IMG/VR virus record: IMGVR_UViG_3300042879_003901
Span: 1 to 44,879 of that record
Strand: one strand, 5' to 3'
Length of the DNA: 44,879 bases
From: a virus
Lineage: Duplodnaviria > Caudoviricetes
The notes below the pieces were generated by a model. The model worked only from the letters and a program-made list of their open reading frames with translations. It had not been told where the DNA came from and did not search any database. Below are positions 26,887 through 34,063 of the stretch, one piece after another (position 1 is the first letter of the stretch; each line of letters begins with the position of its first letter). The translations under genes and the position numbers were made by a program.

Positions 26887-27509
26887 GCGACAAGAAGTTC
26901 GCGTGGGGCGGCAAGACGTACGCGTTTGTTCCGTCTCCGTTCGGCAAGTATTGCCAGGGTTGCGCGTTCCAAGAGGATGACGAAGCCTGCGAAAAAGCAT
27001 CGGACCATGTGCATGGGGTCGATTGTCCCGTCGGCAGTATTTGGGTCGAGGCCGCGCCGCAAGGTACCGCCCTAGCTGACGCGTCGGGCAGCAAGCCGAC
27101 CAATCCCAAAGACGCGATCGGCATCCGCAAGGCGCCGCTGTCCACGCTGCCGATGGGCGTCGTCGCGGAGATGGGCGCGGCCATGCTCGAGGGCGCGGCC
27201 AAGTACGGCCGGCACAACTACCGAGGCGTGGGCGTGCGCGCCAGCGTCTACTTCGACGCCACGATGCGCCACCTCATCAGCTGGTGGGAGGGTGAGGACA
27301 CCGACCCCGACAGCGGGCTGAGCCACGTCACCAAGGCGCTGGTGAGCCTGGCCGTGCTGCGCGACGCAATGATGCAGAGCAAGTGCGAGGACGACCGCCC
27401 GCCCCGCTCGGCCCTGTTCTACCCGGAGCTGAACGATCGTTGCTCGGCCGTGCTGGACAGGCACGCTGACAAGAACCCCAAGCACTGGACAATCAAGGAC
27501 ACCGCATGA
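26883..27509 (+). CDS. dATP/dGTP diphosphohydrolase domain protein (DUF5664-like)
   Basis: NPKDAIGIRKAPL...GAAKYGRHNYR...YFDATMRHL...GEDTDPDSGLSH...DDRP motif set; short Cys-rich N-terminal extension. Confidence 0.85.
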   Translation: MSDKKFAWGGKTYAFVPSPFGKYCQGCAFQEDDEACEKASDHVHGVDCPVGSIWVEAAPQGTALADASGSKPTNPKDAIGIRKAPLSTLPMGVVAEMGAAMLEGAAKYGRHNYRGVGVRASVYFDATMRHLISWWEGEDTDPDSGLSHVTKALVSLAVLRDAMMQSKCEDDRPPRSALFYPELNDRCSAVLDRHADKNPKHWTIKDTA

Positions 27510-28156
27510 GCTTCGTCTGCCCCCTGCCGCCTGAGAAGGTCCTCGTGCGCGCTGAGTACCTCTACGACCACGACCCGGCCCGGGTCGGTCAGCTCATCGA
27601 CGGAGTCTGGGTCAGCGTGAAGTCCATCCGCGGCCAGGCCTTCCGCTTCGAGACCTACCTGCCTGCGTTCGGCGCGCTGTACGACAAGCTCCCGCTGAGC
27701 GCGTTCGTGTGGCCCAACGGTCTTCTTGTCGAAGACAGGATGCTCCCGCTGGACGTCCTGCAGATATGGGACTGCATGTCGTATCACGTCGAGGTGATCG
27801 ACAAGCCCTTCCTCAAGGGCCTGCGCGCTGAGTTCTTCGGCAAGGACAAGAAGCTCCACAGCGGCGAGTACATGCTCACCATCGACAGCTGCAACCCCGA
27901 CCCGCGGATCCCCGACTTCGGGTTCAGCGAGACACCGGAGGAGCACAAGTCGTTCAACCTGCTGCGCCTGGACAACGGCCAGTTCGCCCTGCAGCCGAAC
28001 AACCGCTGCAGGTTCTTCGACCCGGCGATCACCCACAGCGAGCTGCGCATGCCCGACTTCAAGGTCTGCACGCAGACCTACCGGGTGGAGAACACCGCGA
28101 AGTGGCGCTTGGGCGACACGTCGACCGTGACCTACGACGAGCGGGGTGAGGCGTGA
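27506..28156 (+). CDS. Conserved hypothetical phage protein
   Basis: GALYDKLPLSAF, LQIWDC, GEYMLTID, EHKSFN and GQFALQPNNR motifs resemble an uncharacterised family common in aquatic phages. Confidence 0.75.
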   Translation: MSFVCPLPPEKVLVRAEYLYDHDPARVGQLIDGVWVSVKSIRGQAFRFETYLPAFGALYDKLPLSAFVWPNGLLVEDRMLPLDVLQIWDCMSYHVEVIDKPFLKGLRAEFFGKDKKLHSGEYMLTIDSCNPDPRIPDFGFSETPEEHKSFNLLRLDNGQFALQPNNRCRFFDPAITHSELRMPDFKVCTQTYRVENTAKWRLGDTSTVTYDERGEA

Positions 28157-28467
28157 CCACGCTCACCGCCCTCGGCCTGGCGAGCCTGGCCTTCACGGCA
28201 TGGTTCACCTGGCGCAGCTACCACGCCGGGGCCAACCCACGCGCGGCCATCATCGAGGCCTGGGTCAACATCGGCATCGGGTTCGGGATCAACTTCCTGG
28301 CCAACCTCCTGATCCTCCCGCTCATCGACGCGCACTTCACCCTGGCCCAGAACTTCTGGATGGGGTGGATCTACACGTCGGTCAGCATCCTTCGCCAGTA
28401 CGCCATCAGGCGCTGGTTCCAACAGCGGCTGCACGCGGCCGCACTTCGACTCGCAGGTGAGACATGA
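28153..28467 (+). CDS. Small multi-pass membrane protein
   Basis: IIEAWVNIGIGFGINFLAN...SILRQYAIRRWF. Confidence 0.7.
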   Translation: MTTLTALGLASLAFTAWFTWRSYHAGANPRAAIIEAWVNIGIGFGINFLANLLILPLIDAHFTLAQNFWMGWIYTSVSILRQYAIRRWFQQRLHAAALRLAGET

Positions 28468-28691
28468 GCCTCGAAATTGTTCTGTCGTTGACAGCGTCCG
28501 CTGGCTGGGTGGCCACGTCCTACTTCTACTGGCGGGCGTGCAAGCGCCTGGACGACGCGGAGAAGTGGTTTCGCAGGGAAGCCGAAGCACACGAGCGCAC
28601 GCGCCAGGCTTTGCGCGAAGCGGTGGCCCGCCTGCGGCGCGAGAACCGTGACCGCTACCTCGGATTGATCGAAGAGCAGCGGAGCGCCTGA
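28464..28691 (+). CDS. Membrane-anchored coiled-coil protein
   Basis: Hydrophobic N-terminus followed by a charged helix; coupled ORF. Confidence 0.6.
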   Translation: MSLEIVLSLTASAGWVATSYFYWRACKRLDDAEKWFRREAEAHERTRQALREAVARLRRENRDRYLGLIEEQRSA

Positions 28692-29086
28692 TGAGCCAGT
28701 GGGAGGAGATGCTCGACGAGTACGCCCTCCACCCGGAGGCCATCGCCTGGTATCAGCCGCGCCACCTCCGGCTGACCCTGGCCGAGCAGTTCGAGGCCGT
28801 GCAGGAGTGCGTCAAGCGTGGCTACCTCGAGTGGGCCGGGGTCGTGCGCAAGGAGTGGAAGGACACCTTATACCGCATCACCCCGCAAGGGCGCGCGTAC
28901 TGGCAGGAGAACGTCAAGGGCCGGCGCAAGCGCCCCACCGCTGCGTCGCCCGTGCCACGGTGGACCCAGGGCCAGCTGGCCGCGGCGCAGTCCCCGGTCA
29001 GCGTGTTTGACCTGCCACGCGCGCCCTGGCGGTGGAACAAGCGGATCGAACAGTACAAGGAGTTCGGTGAATGCGAGAAGAGCTGA
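28691..29086 (+). CDS. Hypothetical protein (winged-helix-like)
   Basis: VKRGYLEW...YRITPQGR pattern; SVFDL motif. Confidence 0.6.
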   Translation: MSQWEEMLDEYALHPEAIAWYQPRHLRLTLAEQFEAVQECVKRGYLEWAGVVRKEWKDTLYRITPQGRAYWQENVKGRRKRPTAASPVPRWTQGQLAAAQSPVSVFDLPRAPWRWNKRIEQYKEFGECEKS

Positions 29087-29265
29087 CCCTGCTGGGGATC
29101 GAGGAGCTGGCGGCCGTGCTGCACCGGTCGCCCAAGACCATCAGGTCCGATGTGACTCGGCGCCCCGAGACCCTCCCACCCCGAGTGCGCGTGCCCGGGG
29201 GGCGGAAGGTCTTGTGGCGCGCACAAGACGTGGCGGCTTGGCTGGAAAGGAACGTCGAGCGATGA
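29071..29265 (+). CDS. xis: Excisionase / AlpA-like DNA-binding protein
   Basis: LLGIEELAAVLHRSPKTIRSD...LPPRVRVPGGRKVLWRAQDVAAWL; near the integrase. Confidence 0.75.
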   Translation: MREELTLLGIEELAAVLHRSPKTIRSDVTRRPETLPPRVRVPGGRKVLWRAQDVAAWLERNVER

Positions 29266-29420
29266 GCTGGAACAACGTCCTGCCTTGGTGGTACTACGCG
29301 GTCAACTACGAGCACTTCGAGGCGATGTGCTGCTGCGCGTTCCCTGAGGAGCTGCTCGCCGGCTGGACTCGGTCTGTGCCGGAGAGCGTTATTCGCTTGG
29401 CCCAGGATGAACAGCTATGA
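29262..29420 (+). CDS. Small hypothetical protein
   Basis: ATGA overlap; 52 aa. Confidence 0.45.
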   Translation: MSWNNVLPWWYYAVNYEHFEAMCCCAFPEELLAGWTRSVPESVIRLAQDEQL

Positions 29421-29461
29421 CAGCAAAACCCCCACTTTTGTCCACATTGATGTGCAATTTG

Positions 29462-30469
29462 TCAGCCCAGTCGAGCGGCCAGGTCAGTAGCGTCGGCGTG
29501 GTAGTACCGCTTGAGGGACTGCAGGCTGCGGTGCCCGGTGAACGCGGCCAGCTCGAGTACGTTGTGGAACACCTTGCTGGCCCGCGTAGCAGCCGTGTGG
29601 CGGGCGTCGTGGAAACGCAGCCCGTCGAGCCCGGCCTTTGCGCGCAGCTGGCGGAACCGCAGGCCGAGGACCTCCTTGCCGACGGGGAAGACGAGGTCTT
29701 CGCCGGACTTTCCCTCGAGCAGCAGATGGAGTATTTCGGCTGCTTTCGTTGACAGCGGCACCCGCCTGCTGTCCCCGTTCTTGGTCTCGTCCAGCAGCAG
29801 GTAGCGCTGGTCCAGGTGGACGTTGCGCGCCTCGATCGAGCAGATTTCGCCCAGGCGCATGGCCGACTCGATGGCCAGCTCGAGCGCCGGGATGACGAAC
29901 GTGTAGGACGACTCGGCCCTGCGGTCCTCAGCGGCCGCGGCATCGCGCATTTTCTGCAGCGCCTCGGCGGTCCACACCTGACCGCGACCACGGCTGTCGA
30001 CCTTCGGCCGTGCAACCTGGTGGATCGGGTTGGCGGGCAGCCCGAGGCCCCACTTCTTGATGGCGATGCGGAAGATCCCGGACAGCAGGTTCAGGTCGCG
30101 GTTGACCGTGGCCGGGCTGCAGGTTTTCAGGCGCTCGTCGGCCCACGCGCGCAGGGTGGGGGTGAGGTTCTGGTCCAACCGGTGCTTGGCGAAGTCGGCC
30201 TTGAGCATGAACCCGATCCGCACGGTCTCCCAGCGGGCGCCCTTGCGTGCGGGGACTTCCTCCTTGAGGAACCTGGACAGGACCTCGGCGACAGTCATCC
30301 TGCGCAGCTCAGAGGTGTCGTGCTCGACGCCCCGGTCCAGCCGGGCCTCGGTCTCCCTGGCCCACTTCTCGGCGGCGGCCTTGGTCTTGAACGTCTTGCA
30401 CTGGGACTTGTAGCCGGTGCGGCGGACCTGCGCCCGCCAGGTGTCGCCGCGCTTGTCGAAGGTGGCCAT
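29462..30469 (-). CDS. int: Tyrosine integrase
   Basis: Catalytic R (AMRLGE), K (TKNG), HxxR (FHDARH), H (TGH), Y (KRYY); AAGGAG RBS. Confidence 0.95.
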   Translation of the reverse strand: MATFDKRGDTWRAQVRRTGYKSQCKTFKTKAAAEKWARETEARLDRGVEHDTSELRRMTVAEVLSRFLKEEVPARKGARWETVRIGFMLKADFAKHRLDQNLTPTLRAWADERLKTCSPATVNRDLNLLSGIFRIAIKKWGLGLPANPIHQVARPKVDSRGRGQVWTAEALQKMRDAAAAEDRRAESSYTFVIPALELAIESAMRLGEICSIEARNVHLDQRYLLLDETKNGDSRRVPLSTKAAEILHLLLEGKSGEDLVFPVGKEVLGLRFRQLRAKAGLDGLRFHDARHTAATRASKVFHNVLELAAFTGHRSLQSLKRYYHADATDLAARLG

Positions 30470-30500
30470 CAGATGCTCCTTGGTGGATACTTCGGAGCAG

Positions 30501-30696
30501 TGTGCCAAACGTGTGACAAGAAAGCAAGAACCCTAGTGTTTATGCGGGTCTTGAGGGGAGGTTCCAGTCGTCTTCTGGGCACCAACGGCCCCCTCTTGCA
30601 GGGGGCTTTTTCTTTCTAGATCAGTCACTTAGTTGAGCTGGGTGTAGCACCTGGTGGCACACTTTTGCAGTGGCGCTGTGACAACGACGTGCCACG
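30501..30696 (+). other. attP region: tRNA 3'-end-like core (about 30560-30584) flanked by arm-type repeats
   Basis: GGTTCCAGTCGTCTTCTGGGCACCA resembles a T-arm/acceptor 3' end (tRNA-Leu-like); TGTG(A/C)CA repeats on both sides; adjacent to int. Confidence 0.7.
30588..30615 (+). terminator. Rho-independent terminator after the tRNA remnant
   Basis: GCCCCCT-cttgc-AGGGGGC followed by TTTTTCTTT. Confidence 0.8.
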
Positions 30697-30717
30697 CGCA
30701 CGGTAACACGGGGCGCG

Positions 30718-33570
30718 TTACTGTGCCGTGGCCTGGGCCCGCTCGACCCGGTCGTTGAGCTGCTGCATCCTGCGCCGGATGCGCTCCTCGATGATCTTGA
30801 TCGACTCGGGCGAGGCGTCCTTGGCCAGCAGCTCACGCTTTCGCCGGCGCAGCTCTGCCACCTCGCGCTCGACCGCTTTGGCGTACGGCACCAGCGCGGC
30901 CTCGGGGTTCTCCCGGCGGTACTCGGCGACCCCGCCTTCACGGTTGTCGATCCGCCCCTTGATCTCGTTCTTGTGCTCGTTGATCTCGGTGATGTTCTCG
31001 TAGAACCGGGTGGCCACCGCAGATTGCTCCTTGGTGTCGCCGTAAAACCGCCCGAGGATTGGCACCTTGTTGGTGGGCAGCTCCTCGCCTGTCACCTTGC
31101 TCTCGGCGAACTGCGATATCTTCAGTATCTCGCGGCCCACGCCACCAGTGACCTGACCAACCAGGTAGTCGAGCTGGTCGGGCGTCGGGCTGAACAGGCC
31201 TTGCGTGTACTTGGTGCCGCCGCTGGCCAGGTTCAGGTAGTAGCTCAGCTCCTTGTTGAGCCAGCTGGCTGTGTCCTTGGCCCGGGTGTAGCCGGGCGTC
31301 GGCTCGGTGCCGGACATGTCCTTCTTGGCGATCGGCTTGCCGGTCCAGTCCCTGTTCTCGCCCAGCGCCACCAGCGGGTCGGCGAAGGTCGGGGCGATCG
31401 TCTGCACGCTCCAGCCCGCGTTGCCGATCGGGTTGAACATCTCCAGGAACGCGCCGGTGATCTGGGCCACACGCTTGGTCGGCTTCTTCCAGCCGGAGAG
31501 CGCCCACTCGGTCAACACCCGGCTGGTGTTGGGGATCACGTTCAGGCCCAGCGGCATCGGGATGGTGATGTATTTGCCGTCACCGGTCGGGATGACGAGG
31601 TTGCGCTCCTTGATGAAGTCGGGGGGCTCGTCGTCCTTGAACCCGGCCGCGGCCAGGGCCAGGGCCTGGACCACGCCCAGCAGCAGGCCGCCGGCCATGA
31701 TCTTCTTGCCGGTGGGCCCCTTCAGGGTTTCGTATAGCCGGGCCGTGCCCTGCACGCTGGCGTTGAAGAACGCGTACAGCGCGCCAGCCTGGACCCCGAT
31801 CTCCCCCTTGCGGTTGAAGTTGACGGTCAGGTTCTTGGCGATCGACGCGGCCTGCTGATTGGACAGCCCCTTGTCCTTGGCGGCCTTGTAGGCGCTCAGG
31901 CGCACCGCGTTCTCGAGCGTCTCGTTGTAGTCGGAGAGCCAATTGAAGATGCCGCGCCCGAACTGCTTGAGCTTGCCCTCGTTGATCTGGTCGATCTCCG
32001 CCTGCAAAGACTTGGCGCGCTCCTCGCCAGTCTTGAACATGTCCCTGAAGCCGGTCTGCCCGCCCTCGTTCTGGAACTCCTCCCAGCGCTGGGCCCACAC
32101 ACCCTGGGCGGGGCCCTTGCCCGCGCGCCTGGAGCGCAGGTCGGCGTAGATCCCGGCGATGGCGGGGACGATCCCGGCCATCACTTCCGCTTTGCGGTCG
32201 GCGATCGGTGTGGTGTCCAGGTTGAACGCCACGCTTCCCGTGTCCCGGATCAGGTTGACCCCGCCGAAGATCGGGTTGTACTGGGTGTTGATCGCAGCGA
32301 AGTACCGGCTCACTGCCGCGGACATCGACATGATCTGGCCCAGCTGGTTGGGGTCCAGGTTCTTGATCGCGGTGGCCATGCGCTGTGCGCGCTCGTCCCT
32401 GTTGTTGAAGAACAGGTACTTGTCCTCGCCGTTGATCCGCACGGCCAGCACGTTGTCCGCGTTGCGCAGGGCCGTGTTTACACGCTGCATGGCCAGGCCA
32501 GTGCGCGGGTCGATGTAAGTCTCCTTGGGCTCCTGGATGATTTTCTGCACGTCCAGGGGGTTGATCCCCATGTTGACCAGCTCGGCCATCGTGCCGGTCA
32601 CATCCTTAATGGCGTTGGGGTCGACCGGCAGCCAGAACTGCGTGTTCGGGTTCTGCACGGCCAGGCCGTAGAGCGAGGTGGCCACCCGGGTCTTCTCAGC
32701 CCGCACGATCGCGCGCTCGCGCTGCATGGCCAGGTTGGCCATGATGTCCACCACCTCCCTGCTGGAGCCGGTCGCGCGCTTGCTGGCGGGCCCGCGTACG
32801 CTGAAGCCTGAGCCAGAACCCATCCCGCCGGGCGAGACGAAATCGGCGTCCTCGCGGAACAGGGGCACGTAGCTCTTGTACGCCTTCTCCCACGAGTCGA
32901 TGGTCTCGCGGGTCTCGAGGCCCGAGCGCACGAGCAGCTCGCGTGTCTCCTTGGAGATCGCGTCAGCGCGCTTGGCCAGGGCCTCGTAGACCTTGCGCTT
33001 GGCCGGGTCCAGGCCGCGGAGGTAGGCGCGTGCGTCCGCGGTGTCGATGCCTGAGCCACCGTCTGGGAACTTCGGGTTGACCTTGGCGATCTGGACGTTG
33101 CGCTCCTCGGCGTGCCTGTTGTGCAGGTACTCCTCGAAGTCGGCGATCGACACCTTGTTCAGGTTCATCGCCTGCAGCAGGGGCTTCAGCTCGTCCTCGA
33201 GGAAGTCTTTGGTCTGCTTGGCGGTGCGGCCGTGGTACAGCTCCTCCTGGAGGTAGGGGTTCCACTTGTCGGCCAGGGTCCCGAGCGCGGACTTGATGGT
33301 GTCGACCACCCGCTTGGTGTCGACCATCTTGTCCTGCAGCTTGTAGATGACCGAGTCCTTGGTGTAGCCCATCGCCAGCTTGCTGTCGGTGGGCGCGGTC
33401 CAGTTGGAGAGCACCTTCTGGTTGAAGATGTTGCGCTTCTCACTCAACCTCGCATCGCCCAAGATCGCATCGACGCCGTTCTCCACGAGGAAGGCCTTCA
33501 TCTCGGCCATCCCCTTAATGGTGACCTCGCCCTCCCCCGTCTGGAACGTGTAGGTGCAGGTCTCAGCCAT
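30718..33570 (-). CDS. Large internal virion / polyvalent protein with LPD38-like C-terminal domain
   Basis: ENAVRLSAY...AKNLTVNFNRKG...LYAFFNASVQG...IPMPLG...ENRDWTGKPI motifs; last gene of the ejection-protein block. Confidence 0.75.
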   Translation of the reverse strand: MAETCTYTFQTGEGEVTIKGMAEMKAFLVENGVDAILGDARLSEKRNIFNQKVLSNWTAPTDSKLAMGYTKDSVIYKLQDKMVDTKRVVDTIKSALGTLADKWNPYLQEELYHGRTAKQTKDFLEDELKPLLQAMNLNKVSIADFEEYLHNRHAEERNVQIAKVNPKFPDGGSGIDTADARAYLRGLDPAKRKVYEALAKRADAISKETRELLVRSGLETRETIDSWEKAYKSYVPLFREDADFVSPGGMGSGSGFSVRGPASKRATGSSREVVDIMANLAMQRERAIVRAEKTRVATSLYGLAVQNPNTQFWLPVDPNAIKDVTGTMAELVNMGINPLDVQKIIQEPKETYIDPRTGLAMQRVNTALRNADNVLAVRINGEDKYLFFNNRDERAQRMATAIKNLDPNQLGQIMSMSAAVSRYFAAINTQYNPIFGGVNLIRDTGSVAFNLDTTPIADRKAEVMAGIVPAIAGIYADLRSRRAGKGPAQGVWAQRWEEFQNEGGQTGFRDMFKTGEERAKSLQAEIDQINEGKLKQFGRGIFNWLSDYNETLENAVRLSAYKAAKDKGLSNQQAASIAKNLTVNFNRKGEIGVQAGALYAFFNASVQGTARLYETLKGPTGKKIMAGGLLLGVVQALALAAAGFKDDEPPDFIKERNLVIPTGDGKYITIPMPLGLNVIPNTSRVLTEWALSGWKKPTKRVAQITGAFLEMFNPIGNAGWSVQTIAPTFADPLVALGENRDWTGKPIAKKDMSGTEPTPGYTRAKDTASWLNKELSYYLNLASGGTKYTQGLFSPTPDQLDYLVGQVTGGVGREILKISQFAESKVTGEELPTNKVPILGRFYGDTKEQSAVATRFYENITEINEHKNEIKGRIDNREGGVAEYRRENPEAALVPYAKAVEREVAELRRRKRELLAKDASPESIKIIEERIRRRMQQLNDRVERAQATAQ

Positions 33571-34054
33571 TGCCGAGTTCCTTGTCGATCATCAGCTGAC
33601 CGGCGGCGTCGTCCTGAACGATCTTCAGCCTGGCCAGCAGGTCGCCGTACTCACCCACGCTCTTGCGCTGGATCTCGAGGAACTGCAGGAGGAACTGCTG
33701 GGTGATCACGCAGGTGGTGCCCCTGTACCAGTCCTGGTAGTCGTTCATCAGTTGCAGCTCGGTCTCGTAGCCCAGCTCGATCGCATCGACGATCCCACCC
33801 ACGACCTCGGTGCAGGCCTCCAGCGCGGGCACCTTCGCGGTCGTGCCCCGGTCGTTCATGTAGTCCGCGATCCGCTGGTAGTGGGTCAGCTCGTCAGCGC
33901 TCTCGCCTGCGAAGAACTTCTGCGTGCCGAAGAACCCGAGCCTCTGCATCTGGTTGGACACGTGCTTGTACAAATGCGACGCGTACAGCTCCGAGTGAAC
34001 GGCCTTGTTGAGCATCGCCTCGGTGGACTTGTCGAGCAGATTTGAGACAGGCAT
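33563..34054 (-). CDS. Ferritin-like protein
   Basis: LNKAVHSELYASHLY, FFAGESADELTH, YMNDRG, TQQFLLQFLEIQ and IDKEL match the ferritin four-helix-bundle pattern. Confidence 0.85.
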   Translation of the reverse strand: MPVSNLLDKSTEAMLNKAVHSELYASHLYKHVSNQMQRLGFFGTQKFFAGESADELTHYQRIADYMNDRGTTAKVPALEACTEVVGGIVDAIELGYETELQLMNDYQDWYRGTTCVITQQFLLQFLEIQRKSVGEYGDLLARLKIVQDDAAGQLMIDKELGNG

Positions 34055-34063
34055 GTTGCTACC

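Noticed and set aside
26883-27509. Complete Z-genome (2-aminoadenine) pathway
   Set aside because: No PurZ-like or DatZ-like gene recognised in the window; kept only as a weaker finding.
28153-28691. Holin/spanin lysis cassette
   Set aside because: No endolysin nearby, the genes are in the replication operon, and no lipobox was seen.
29462-30469. Shufflon (Rci-like) invertase system
   Set aside because: No inverted sfx-type repeats or alternative 3' cassettes nearby; the adjacent attP and xis fit an ordinary integrase.
30545-30590. Complete tRNA gene
   Set aside because: Only a 3'-end-like segment is present; no D-arm or anticodon arm could be folded upstream.
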